A stretch of 63,868 nucleotides of DNA, filler included, from Rhabdomonas costata (Eukaryota), in assembly GCA_019059605.1 (NCBI GenBank). It is 55 parts of 55 records of this genome, joined end to end, with 100 filler letters (N's around TTAATTAATTAA, not from the genome) between each part and the next. Parts side by side here need not be neighbours in the genome. Positions count along the whole stretch, not along the records: positions 48,849 to 49,911 come from JAHMHO010030621.1; positions 50,012 to 51,074 come from JAHMHO010030622.1; positions 51,175 to 52,237 come from JAHMHO010030623.1; positions 52,338 to 53,400 come from JAHMHO010030624.1; positions 53,501 to 54,563 come from JAHMHO010030625.1; positions 54,664 to 55,726 come from JAHMHO010030626.1; positions 55,827 to 56,889 come from JAHMHO010030627.1; positions 56,990 to 58,052 come from JAHMHO010030628.1; 47 more parts are not named here. One strand, written 5' to 3'. Numbering within the stretch: the first letter of the stretch is position 1; each line of letters starts with the position of its first letter. Below, piece by piece: positions 49,461 through 59,902 of this stretch. The position numbers were made by a program, and so were the translations under genes. The notes beneath the pieces were generated by a model, which saw only the letters and a program-made list of their open reading frames with translations, ran no database searches and was not told the DNA's origin.

Positions 49461-50011
49461 CTAAAACGAGAAGCCACGAGAAGTGGAGAAGCCATGTCCA
49501 TTCTATAAACGCGAACCGAATCAATTGGGTCACACCCAACAAAATTACGTCACAAGGACTCACGCGGCCGACGGGACTTCGAGTTCCAAACCAAACAGCA
49601 GGTGGAAACTTCCAACAAACAACAAGGGTTAACGCAAAGCGTCCAATGACAACTACACAGAAGAGCGGCTCACAGGCAAAAGAAGGGGGGAAGCTTGTTC
49701 GGAATAGCGCAAGCGAAGCCGAAATAGACCGAATTACCGAAGTGCACCGAAACAAACCGAAGAATAAAACAACACTACTCCACTTCGACTGCTATGGCCT
49801 CGGAGGTAAACCGTAAAATCGTAAACGAATGCAGTGAAGGAGACAGTGCACGCACAGCACCGTTCAAGCAGTAGTCCCACAAGACAAAGAAGAACGTGGT
49901 GAAGTAAACCCNNNNNNNNNNNNNNNNNNNNNNNNNNNNNNNNNNNNNNNNNNNNTTAATTAATTAANNNNNNNNNNNNNNNNNNNNNNNNNNNNNNNNN
50001 NNNNNNNNNNN

Positions 50012-50874
50012 GGGTTTTTGTGGCAATGGTTCTCGGCCTCTGATGGCGCCTGGCATTCCTACGACCCCATCGCCCAAGAGCTGCTGCAGAAGGCTGCCGA
50101 GGGGGGCTTCTCTGTGGTGAGGCTCTGCGTGGAGAACCAGCTGGTGACCGCGAACTTGCAGAGCAAGCAGCACACCGTCCACTGCATGGCGAAGTCATGC
50201 CCGATGAGGTGGACTTCAGGTACGTGCGCCTCGGATTGCTGGGCACATTGACATCTGGGATTCGGGATGAGCATTGGTCACTGGTTTGTTCTTATTTTCC
50301 AGATGCAGCGTTCATGAGCTCGTCACAGGTTTCCCCTCTAACCCACCCTGCTGTGACAGAATCAGAATGAATGCATCCAGTCCGCTTCATGGACACCGCG
50401 CACCCTTTGAAAGGGCAGCCGGCCCCTCTTGGGATGGAATGCTCTTGCGGTGTGGGTTGAAAAGCCTGCGCACGCGCAAATGAATCGGATCGAAAGCCAG
50501 GAACAGACTGCTCGGAATTAAAGAAAAATGGCGTGTTGTCACGTTGGACGAAGGGGTGTATGTGCACAGGGTGTGCCACGGGTTGGTGGTGTTCAGTCCC
50601 GTGCGAGCTGTAGATTAGTGTCGCATGGTGTCACCATGCATATGTAATTCGAGATGGTGTTTGTGCGTGTATGTGTGCGTGAGGTGTTGTTTGATGGTGT
50701 GCAACTTCAGATGCACCACCCACTCCCAGAGGGCCTCCTGTTCCCGCGGCCTCCACCCCCGATGCGGGCTCCCCGACCCGGGAACGCCTGAACCAGCTGC
50801 CCGTGCTGGAGCGCGTTGACAAGCTCAAGGAGTGGCTAGCGGAGCTGCCCATGGAGGACCTCACCCCAATGTGA
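50012..50874 (+). CDS. WWE domain protein, last two exons
   Basis: WQWFSASDGAWHSYDPIAQELLQKA (WWE); exon to 50219, GT-AG intron, exon 50711-50874 in frame to stop. Confidence 0.8.
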
Positions 50875-51190
50875 AGGGGTGGGGAGCGGTGATGCTTCGA
50901 AAATAAGGCATGTCCGACCCAATGTAATATTTGTACCCAAAGTGGGTGGGCCTGCCAGGGCTCCTGCAATGGTAGGTTCCCAGCTCAATCTGTGGAATGT
51001 TGTGTTGGAACCCACTGTCGGTTTGTACCCAGTCATCCGGTGGGGCTGTGTCGAAACCTCCTCACCCCCCACACNNNNNNNNNNNNNNNNNNNNNNNNNN
51101 NNNNNNNNNNNNNNNNNNTTAATTAATTAANNNNNNNNNNNNNNNNNNNNNNNNNNNNNNNNNNNNNNNNNNNNGTGGTGGGTTCTTCAG

Positions 51191-51757
51191 CTCCCCACGG
51201 GGGTGCTGAAGAACCCGCCGTTCTTCCTGCCCACCTTTCCCATGCCCGCGCCGCCCAGCCTGGCGGTGTGCCGGAGCTTTGGCCTGTGCGCTCAGGGGGG
51301 GAGGGCAGAACAGGGGCGGAAGACCTGCCAATACAGTTGGACTGCGTGGGCAGAATTTCCACTGTGCTATGGATGCACCCCATCATCGATGGCCTTGCGT
51401 TGGGGTGCTGGTGAGCAAGCTGCACAATCAATGTGGACCCGTGCTCCTGTTTGTTGTGAACACCTTTGCGCATTTGTGACTTTTGCGGGCGTGTGCATGG
51501 GCGCTTGCTTTGCCTTTTATCTCTCTCTGTCACTTTTACAGCGAGGGGCCCTTCCGGAGAATTCGATTAAGCTGTACCCCGGCTGTGTGAAGCTGCCCAA
51601 TGGGGTGCTGCGGGTGCCCGACGGCAGCTTTGTGCTGCCCTCGTACATCAGCTTCAGCACCGGCACTGTGGCCTGCCCAGACGGAAGCCTGTGGATGCCC
51701 GACGGAGCGGTCATCCTCCCGGATGGCCGCCGCCAGACCCCCAGCGCCCCCTCCGCA
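51191..51757 (+). CDS. Two exons of a protein with xP(D/N/T)G turn repeats
   Basis: Exons 51191-51265 and 51542-~51757; LPTG, LPNG, VPDG, CPDG, MPDG, LPDG. Confidence 0.6.
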
Positions 51758-54663
51758 GTGACAAGTCCGCCTCTTTTTTCCCCTCACCGACACATGCTAA
51801 TGATAAACAGATGCACATTTCCGCCCCCAGAAACAGTTGCTTTCGTACCTTGATGCACCTACCTGCTGTTCTCAATGGTTTTTTTTGGTGGGTTGATAGT
51901 GATTGGCTGCAACATCGACATTGTAGCAAACGTGACGCTTGAGTTAAATGCAGGCGTTGCCTCGCTCTCTCTCTCTCTCTGCTTCCTTGCCGCTGAGGTA
52001 GTGTATGCCGCAACCTGACAAATGATACCCTTTGCGCGGCTCTTCTTGCTGTTAATTAATTAGCGTTCTCGGCACTCTCGTCTTTTAGCCCAGCATCGGT
52101 GACAACAAAAGAGCGACCAGGAGGGAGACGCCATCCCAATGACGGTTTCGCCGTTTTGTATAAAAATACAGCTGGGTGTGACCATGGCGGCATCAGGGCT
52201 TGGGTGATGGGGTAGATGTGAGGGACCTCACCCGCCTNNNNNNNNNNNNNNNNNNNNNNNNNNNNNNNNNNNNNNNNNNNNTTAATTAATTAANNNNNNN
52301 NNNNNNNNNNNNNNNNNNNNNNNNNNNNNNNNNNNNNGTGGGGGGTTGGAACAATAGCTGCGACGCTTCTGTGCGCACTCCGCAGGTTTTTTGGTGGACA
52401 CAGTGATGACTTTTCCTCCGCTGCACACGGTTGTTGATGTCCTTCTCCTGCACCGTGCTTTTCCCAAGAATGTGCGATGGAAGAAGAACCCAGCAATTTG
52501 AATTTCAGTCACCGTTTCAAACGTTTCAGAGGTTTAAGCCTCCTACACTTGAAAATACGAGTTGGGAATCGAGGCCCGAACAAGATTGCGCAGATGGAAG
52601 TTCTGGGGGACCCCCTTGTGGGTTCCTGTGCATAATCGCGTTGCCTGGGATTGCATCGAAGGCTATGTAGGGTCTACCGCGGGTACCCCGGACCACTGTC
52701 CCCTATATTGAACCCCTAAAGACCCCATGACCCAGTTATGGCAGGGACCCCCGCCCTGGGACTATGCAATGCCGCGGGCGTGGGGCTGTGCTCGCTGGGC
52801 TGCTTAGGGATTTGTACCTCGCGGCTCCCTGGACCCTTGTGCCATACCATTTCCGCCGGCGGTATATCGGCGCAAGTATTGTTTGCTGACCCCGCACGCC
52901 TTAGCACTATACGCCAAAATCTTGGCCTGTCTCGCCCCTGCCCCCGCAATTCACCCCTGTGATAAGAGATCAGTATTCGTTAGTGGGGTCCCTTTCTGGG
53001 CGGCGAAGTGCGACCGCGCCACAACAAACTTCAGAACGGACCTAACTGTAGCAGGCAAACGGAACCACCGCGTTTTTGAAAGTAACTGGATCCCGGTAAT
53101 CCTGCATCCGCCGTTTGGGGGAAACTTCCTCTGGTCCAAAATAAGGCTAGTAACACCCCGAAACTGAGAATTTAGTATGTGACATTTCGAACAGAAGTCT
53201 TTTTAGCCTATATTTATGCCGGTGGTTCTTCGCGGCATCCTGTGGTGTGCCGTGGTTAAAAAACTCTCAGTTTACGGTGTAGCCTGCTATGCGAAAGTAT
53301 GTGACGAACAGTTTGTTTAGCTATCGGCGCCGAAGGCGCGGGGCGTTTTCCGAATCTGTCGCCGTGCGGGTTAATTGCGTGTTCCCACAGCTTATTGATG
53401 NNNNNNNNNNNNNNNNNNNNNNNNNNNNNNNNNNNNNNNNNNNNTTAATTAATTAANNNNNNNNNNNNNNNNNNNNNNNNNNNNNNNNNNNNNNNNNNNN
53501 TGCAAAATTTGATTTAATCAAACGGCATCACTTCCCGCAAAGAAGTCATCTTGCGGGAAAAAAAAAGGCCAAGTTTGTCTAGATAACGACAGTGCAGACT
53601 TGAACGGGAACTGAATTTTCACCCATTTCAATCAAATGGAACAAAATTTTCATCGTTTGCATAATGAGCCACGAAAAACATAACAATTCGAAATGAAAGG
53701 CGCCCAATGTTCAGCCACAGATTCCCATCCCATTATTTACTCTTCACGCAAAGCAGGACCTGACTCTTATGGGAACGTGACACTGCTTCAAATGGTGAGA
53801 CAGGTAAAAAAGCCCCATTCACTTGAACATCCACGTTGGCGTGGCACAAATAGCCAAACGCTCACCATCAGCCGGTCAGCCTTCAAACGCGATTCTGGCA
53901 TTCATGCAACCACGCAAAACATGAACTTACATGCACATGCAAAAAAGTTCCACAGAGTCACTGCTTGGAGACAAGCTTCAATGTCAAGAGGCAGAACTCC
54001 TCGAACGACAACTTGTCATCCGGGAGGCTAGAGTACGGCCGAAGTTCGGCGTCGAGCTGCCAGGACGTCAACCCGAGACCAAAATGCTCCGTGCTATTGT
54101 ACATCTGAAAACCCACAAATCACATCCGAGCGCACCAGTTTCGCTTGCATGGACACTGTCAAGGGTTAATGGCAGGGGGGAGGTTGGTGGCACCCATGCC
54201 AAGAGTCGCAGGTTCAAATCCGGACTACCCTTATCTCCTCGACACGGGAATTGCCGGGGTGGGGTTCGATTACGGGGATCCACCGCCATTTGAATGGCAA
54301 CTGATTACATGCAGGCGCGCCGGGAGTCATATGATTACGTCAGGACCGCCTCTTTCAGGTGTTCAAAGAGGTAATGACTTTGGTTCGGGTGCAACTTTTG
54401 GTTCGAGGTTCTCCCGAACCATCTGCGACCTGCTACTGCTCCGGCAAAGGGTACCAAAAACCCAACAGAAAAGGTCCTTTCGGGACACATCTTCGAAAAG
54501 CACTGCGACAAACGACAAGCGACAAGCCAATAAGCCATCCTGACCCACAAAAAAACCAAACCCNNNNNNNNNNNNNNNNNNNNNNNNNNNNNNNNNNNNN
54601 NNNNNNNTTAATTAATTAANNNNNNNNNNNNNNNNNNNNNNNNNNNNNNNNNNNNNNNNNNNN

Positions 54664-54911
54664 CTGATATGTATCTACTAAGAACGAATGCAGTTCACTA
54701 TATCGTTGCTTATTTACAAATTCCATCTGTTCCAATTGGTAGGCAAATTCGTATTCTTGATCTCAATAATAATCTAAGTACAACTCAATGTTTTATTTCA
54801 TCTGCAGACAATGCAATTATAGAATGGCAGTCAGGTGGAAAATTATTCACTGAAAATGGAGCGAATAGGTTACTGCTCTACATAGGAAGCTTTTTCATTC
54901 CTCTAAATTAA
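54664..54911 (+). CDS. C-terminus of a putative viral fibre/structural beta-rich protein
   Basis: Open from contig start; LQIPSVPIGRQIRILDLNNN...GANRLLLYIG resembles fibre-type beta domains; AT-rich contig. Confidence 0.5.
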
Positions 54912-54943
54912 TAAAAGAATTCAAAAAGTCTTTTATTAATTTA
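54904..54943. terminator. Perfect 15-bp AT-rich hairpin between convergent genes
   Basis: taaattaataaaaga (54904-54918), 10-nt loop, tcttttattaattta (54929-54943); overlaps both stop codons. Confidence 0.65.
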
Positions 54944-55127
54944 TCATTCTTTGTATTGTGTTAATTTTTGAATTTAATTTATTCGTTCTATGTTCTAACA
55001 CGAAAATACGATCAATAACTTCTTCAAGCTCTTTATTATCTTTTGGTAAACCAAAACCAATCTCTTTATTATTTACTTCTTTTTGTGTTGGTTCCTCTTC
55101 TTTTGATATACAGCAACATGAACCCAT
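54936..55127 (-). CDS. Small putative viral protein with N-myristoylation/palmitoylation motif and coiled coil
   Basis: MGSCCCIS start; KELEEVIDRIFVLEHRTNKLNSKINTI heptads; TAAATG start context. Confidence 0.7.
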   Translation of the reverse strand: MGSCCCISKEEEPTQKEVNNKEIGFGLPKDNKELEEVIDRIFVLEHRTNKLNSKINTIQRMIN

Positions 55128-55140
55128 TTAGTATTACTTC

Positions 55141-55323
55141 TCATTTTTTTATCGAACATAAATTTAAACAAATGAAAACATTTTTCACATACCATTTTTT
55201 ATCTTCATGAATAATACAACGAAAATATGGTATTTGTCTGTAATCATTTCTATTTAGAAAGTACATTTTAGTATTTTCATCATCAAAGTTCAATATTTGT
55301 TTACAGTGTTCACAACGATTCAT
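55141..55323 (-). CDS. Small putative viral Zn-binding protein
   Basis: CEHC...CIIH...CLNLC; TAAATG start; tightly packed with neighbours. Confidence 0.65.
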   Translation of the reverse strand: MNRCEHCKQILNFDDENTKMYFLNRNDYRQIPYFRCIIHEDKKWYVKNVFICLNLCSIKK

Positions 55324-55347
55324 TTATTATATACTGTTATAATATAA

Positions 55348-55584
55348 ATGAATCTTGAACTAATATACGAAAATGAATTAGATGAAAATGAATTAGTAGA
55401 AATGGAACAAAGCACAAATCAAATAACAGAACAAGACAAAAGATTAAAAGAAATTCTTGAAAAACTTTATGAAGTTGAACATAAAATAGACGATATCTTC
55501 AAAAATTTATGTGAAGTTGGTTCAAAAATTGGAAACATATATACAGTATTAAATGATATTGATAAATGTATTCAATTACGTTAA
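55348..55584 (+). CDS. Small putative viral coiled-coil protein
   Basis: 78 aa with Ile/Leu heptads; TAAATG start; divergent from the previous ORF across 24 bp. Confidence 0.7.
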   Translation: MNLELIYENELDENELVEMEQSTNQITEQDKRLKEILEKLYEVEHKIDDIFKNLCEVGSKIGNIYTVLNDIDKCIQLR

Positions 55585-55608
55585 CAATAAATTTCTCATT
55601 ATATTATA

Positions 55609-55726
55609 ATGGACTACTACACAATGTCAGATTTAGTCGAAAACCTAAAAATAATGATTGCTTTTAAAGAGCAAGAAGCTATGAAATTACAATTAGAATC
55701 TAATAACGATCTAAACACAAACATTA
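55609..55726 (+). CDS. 5' part of a further small putative viral ORF
   Basis: TATAATG start, MDYYTMSDLVENLKIMIAFKEQEAMKLQLE..., open to contig end. Confidence 0.55.
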
Positions 55727-55826
55727 NNNNNNNNNNNNNNNNNNNNNNNNNNNNNNNNNNNNNNNNNNNNTTAATTAATTAANNNNNNNNNNNNNNNNNN
55801 NNNNNNNNNNNNNNNNNNNNNNNNNN

Positions 55827-56012
55827 GGGGTGGGGATTGTCCTCCCAGACTCGGACTACGCCCCAGGCAGCTTCGGGAATTGGGTGGAGGTTGGGGCGTT
55901 GTTCGCAGTGTTTCTGGCCAGCCTTGTGCTTGTGATGCATTTCCTGGTCACCGTTCGGATGGCGATCGACCGTGTCGCTATTGGTACGCCGACCGAACAG
56001 CCTCGAGCTTGA
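55827..56012 (+). CDS. C-terminus of a membrane protein
   Basis: GNWVEVGALFAVFLASLVLVMHFLVTV transmembrane segment, then stop. Confidence 0.5.
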   Translation, partial: GVGIVLPDSDYAPGSFGNWVEVGALFAVFLASLVLVMHFLVTVRMAIDRVAIGTPTEQPRA

Positions 56013-57297
56013 GTTCGCCAGTTTCGTGGCCAAAGAGACTTCAATTCGTTGCAGGATCGCCATTTGTTGAGCTCGCTGCTTCGTTTGCGGGCAAACAGTC
56101 TTCTCACGGAAAATAGTCAGAGTTTGTGGAGCACCGCTGTTTCATGTGGAAACGAACGAGCGAATGTCTCCGCAGCACTTGTTGGGTGCTCTGTGGCATT
56201 GGGAGTGTGGGGAAGGGGATGTCTGCTAATGGTTTCTGTAACTTTAGGCTGCGTGCAAACCCTCCGCACAGACTCTGCGTAGCCATTGCTGAGCAAAAAG
56301 CACGGGCTGAAACGAGCTCACGCGCGTATGGGATGTGATCTTGTAATCCTGAGCCTACATGTTGTACTTCCCCGCATGAGCTGTCGCGCCGGGCGCCGCT
56401 TGGCTCTCCTCCCTATCTAATTTCGGTTCCAGCGGTCTGTGAATCCTTGGGAACAAAGGTGATGTTGGCCGGCCTTTTTCTCGGGGAGGAGGGGCGCAGT
56501 CTCCCGAAGCACGCCCAAACGCCATGTACTCGTCTTTTATCTGATAATCCCCCAATCTGCAAAACCACCAAATAATCAGTCTAATCGTTCCTTGTTTTTT
56601 GTCACCGCTTGAAAGTGTTACATCTGGCAACCGCCCCACCTCCCGCCGTAAATTAACGCACCCTACTTTTCCGTTCATGATTGTTCAACTACCATGGGCC
56701 GGGCACCGTTCCCAATGTACGTTTTCGCTTTTCCACATGGAGTGTGCGGTTCCTTGCACAGAGTCATGCACCACTGGTGCAATCCGCCTTCCCACACTGA
56801 CATCCTCACCCTGACACCACCACCCTAGGGATTGTCTTCAGGCATTTACAGAAACGCTCGCTCCCCTTGCTGCGCCCAGAACCAACACANNNNNNNNNNN
56901 NNNNNNNNNNNNNNNNNNNNNNNNNNNNNNNNNTTAATTAATTAANNNNNNNNNNNNNNNNNNNNNNNNNNNNNNNNNNNNNNNNNNNNTGTTTGTGGCA
57001 GGCAAAACACCTGACCTGCCACAAATCTTCACCATTCCCCGCTTTTCTGATGCGGCCACATACGCAAACCACGATATTCACTATTGACCATGGGACTGAA
57101 ATGTGTGTGTGCGCGCGCGCGTTCCACAGGACAGACAGACAGATACACACACACACACAGTCGGCAAGATCGGCGCCAAACCAAAGCGATGTGAAAACTA
57201 CGATGCCGTAAGGAGCCAGATGGGTGTCGGTATCGTGCGCCGGGCAGATGAGCAACACTTCACGGGACGAATGGTCGTTCAGCGCCAGAAAGCAAAC

Positions 57298-58052
57298 CTC
57301 AACTGCCGCCTCGGTGCTTCGGACATGCGTTATTTCCACTCCACGCTCCTTCATGGCCTTCAGGTGGTCGCGCAGGCAGGACTGCCCCATGTCCCGGGTG
57401 TCCACCCAGAGCACACGGCGAATGGTGAGGGTGTGCCACCTGCGGCCGCACTTAAACATAAACTTCTGCGGGTCCGGGCCGCGATTCCTAGCACGGGGCA
57501 CCGCGGACTCCTGGGGGGCTGAGCCCTCCACGGGTGACCCCTGCACGGGGTTTTTTGGGATGACTCGGATCACGTGCTTGCCTTTTTTGAACCACCCCTC
57601 GTCCATCATCGTGTTCTCTTTAACCTTCAGGCTGCCGCCGCCGCTGACAGGCATTGGGAGCTCCTTCCCTTCTTCCCATTCAGTATCCTTCCCTTGAGAA
57701 AGGCGCTCTTCCTCCTCCACTTCCTCCTCCTCTTCCATACTTCCGTTCTTCTCCTCCACTACCACTTCAGCTTCCTCATTACTGACCCAGGAACCGGCTC
57801 CGGCTGCTGCAGCGTTGCGGGCGGTCGCTTTGAGTTCCCTGGCGGTGTTGATTCTGTCCATGATCTTCTCACGACGCTCTTTGTCTTTCGGGTTCCCCCA
57901 CAGGGAGCAGATGTTCGACCGTGCTATGATCGCCGTCGAGTTGGCCACTAGGTCCTCGCACCAGGAGTACTCGTTGTCCTTGCCGCTGGCCCAGCGGTTG
58001 CCCGCACACCCCTGGATCGCCGCCACAGGGTCCGAGGAGTGGATGTACGCCA
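57298..58052 (-). CDS. Macrodomain-like protein (paralogue 2) with acidic linker and receiver-like domain start
   Basis: AYIHSSDPVAAIQGCAGNRWASG...EDLVANSTAIIARSNICSLWG aligns with 46080-46240; then an E-rich linker and RRVLWVDTRD...GVEITHVRSTEAAVE. Confidence 0.7.
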
Positions 58053-58410
58053 NNNNNNNNNNNNNNNNNNNNNNNNNNNNNNNNNNNNNNNNNNNNTTAA
58101 TTAATTAANNNNNNNNNNNNNNNNNNNNNNNNNNNNNNNNNNNNNNNNNNNNGGGTTGGGGTAGTGACAGTGGTGGTGATAGCGCTGGTGCCAACACCGA
58201 CAGGAGAGGGAGGAGGGAGGAGGAGGTGGTAGTGGTGTGTTGGCGAATCAGACTCCACATATGTGGTCATCTCTGCAAAAAAAAATTGGCCAAGTCTGGA
58301 GAAGAAGGGGCTACGATAGAATCTCTGCAGACGGACGGTTCCACTCCTCCTGAAGCTATCAGCACCGTACCCAGCACCTTCCCCCCCCCTACTCTTCTCC
58401 CGCCAGCTAC

Positions 58411-58703
58411 CATCGTTCTGCTGCGTGGTGCACGTGTTGAACGCCCTCCCAAACGCCCAGAACGGGAAGGCGCATGGCGTCCCCACAGGGGCAGAGCCGA
58501 CGCCGTCCGTGCAGAACTTCGTCCCCGCGGGCAGGGGCTCCGGGGCGGTGCCATTCTTGCACCTGGTGCAGTAGCCCCACTGCCCCTCGTCCAACCCCAG
58601 GTCCACGGCGGTCGTTCCGCAAAACCCCTGCGACTCCTCGGGATCGTCGGATTCCTTCACGCACTCGTAGAACAGCTCACCACCGTACGAGAACGGGAAC
58701 AGG
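58411..58703 (-). CDS. Tandem fibronectin type II domain protein, internal exon
   Basis: LFPFSYGGELFYECV...GFCGTTAVD...GQWGYC then GTPCAFPFWAFGRAFNTCTT; AG/GT bounded. Confidence 0.85.
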
Positions 58704-59356
58704 CTATATCAAAAGGCAGAAACCGACTGCATCCGAGCTCCGATGCTTTTTTGTGTAGAGTGTAAATTCAGCTTCGCTGAGGACGTCCTCTTTTTGTGGT
58801 TCAAAATAGCTGTTAACGCGCGGGGTGCTGCAGGTGAGCCTGCATGCGAGTTCTTTTTCTGCCAGGTAGCAAAATGCAAAACGACCTACAAAAAAGGACT
58901 CAACCTTGGCTGCCATGGTAAGGATGGCAACAACAAACAAAGTCTTTCCAGCCCCGTGCGATGCAGACATGAAGTACTTATGGCTACACAAAAGCAGCCC
59001 CGCCAAAAAAATCCTGGGGGTTAAAAAGAAGTGTTCCTGCAACAATGCTCCAGAAATAATGCGTCTGCCCCGGTCCCAGGTGCCATACACCCCACACCCC
59101 AACTTTTCCGAGCGATTACTGGCGACATTTGCACAGGCAAGCTGGGTGCTGTCAGAAGACCTCAGCGAACGACAAACGAAAGCTTTCATGCCAGCGCCAG
59201 CAAAGACAACCCCCCNNNNNNNNNNNNNNNNNNNNNNNNNNNNNNNNNNNNNNNNNNNNTTAATTAATTAANNNNNNNNNNNNNNNNNNNNNNNNNNNNN
59301 NNNNNNNNNNNNNNNTTTGTTGTTTGCTAGACTTTCGTTTTGTTGGGGGTGAACAG

Positions 59357-59902
59357 ATCCCGCGCGATGGGAAGGCCTTCGGAAACTTCCGCGTGCGCGG
59401 GCCCTGGATTGCCCGGGAGTACTTCAAGAAGGGGAAGCCCTGCGTGGACAAGGACGGCTTCTTCGACACTGGGGATGTGGTGACGGTGGACCCCGATGGC
59501 TACGTGCAGGTGACCGCTGCCCCTGCCCTACTGTCACAACGGTTGCTTGAACAACTCAGCCGTTGATACCAACGTTAGCGGAGCTGTTCAAGAAAGTCCT
59601 TTCCTTTCACTCCACTGAACTTGACTCTGTGGGATGTGTGTGTGGACGAGCACCAGTAGACGAACGTGTTTGTGCACACATTAGCCCTTCAGCTGGTTGC
59701 ATGGGGCGAGTGCGGGTGGGTGTATTCGTCATTCTCGTTGCCCAGAGCTTCTTTCCGTCTAATGGAACCTCTCGGGTGCCCTTTCCCTCTCAAAGTTTCT
59801 ATTCCTTTGTTATTTGGAGCGGGGAATTTGACAGCGATGTGGGCGATGTGGGGTGTTGGGGTGCGCAGATTACCGACCGAAGCAAAGACCTTATCAAGTC
59901 AG
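59357..59902 (+). CDS. AMP-dependent acyl-CoA ligase (AlkK/DmdB-like medium-chain fatty acid CoA ligase), two exons
   Basis: Exons 59357-59509 and 59869-59902: PRDGKAFGNFRVRGPWIAREYFK...DGFFDTGDVVTVDPDGYVQ|ITDRSKDLIKSG. Confidence 0.93.

Noticed and set aside
54664-55726. Mitochondrial or plastid origin for the AT-rich contig
   Set aside because: No organellar gene similarity recognised; the myristoylation motif and tiny two-strand ORFs fit a virus better, though this is not formally excluded.
45360-58052. Apparent ADP-ribose gene cluster (macro-like x2, WWE) near a viral segment
   Set aside because: The pieces are on separate, similar-length contigs; adjacency carries no biological information.
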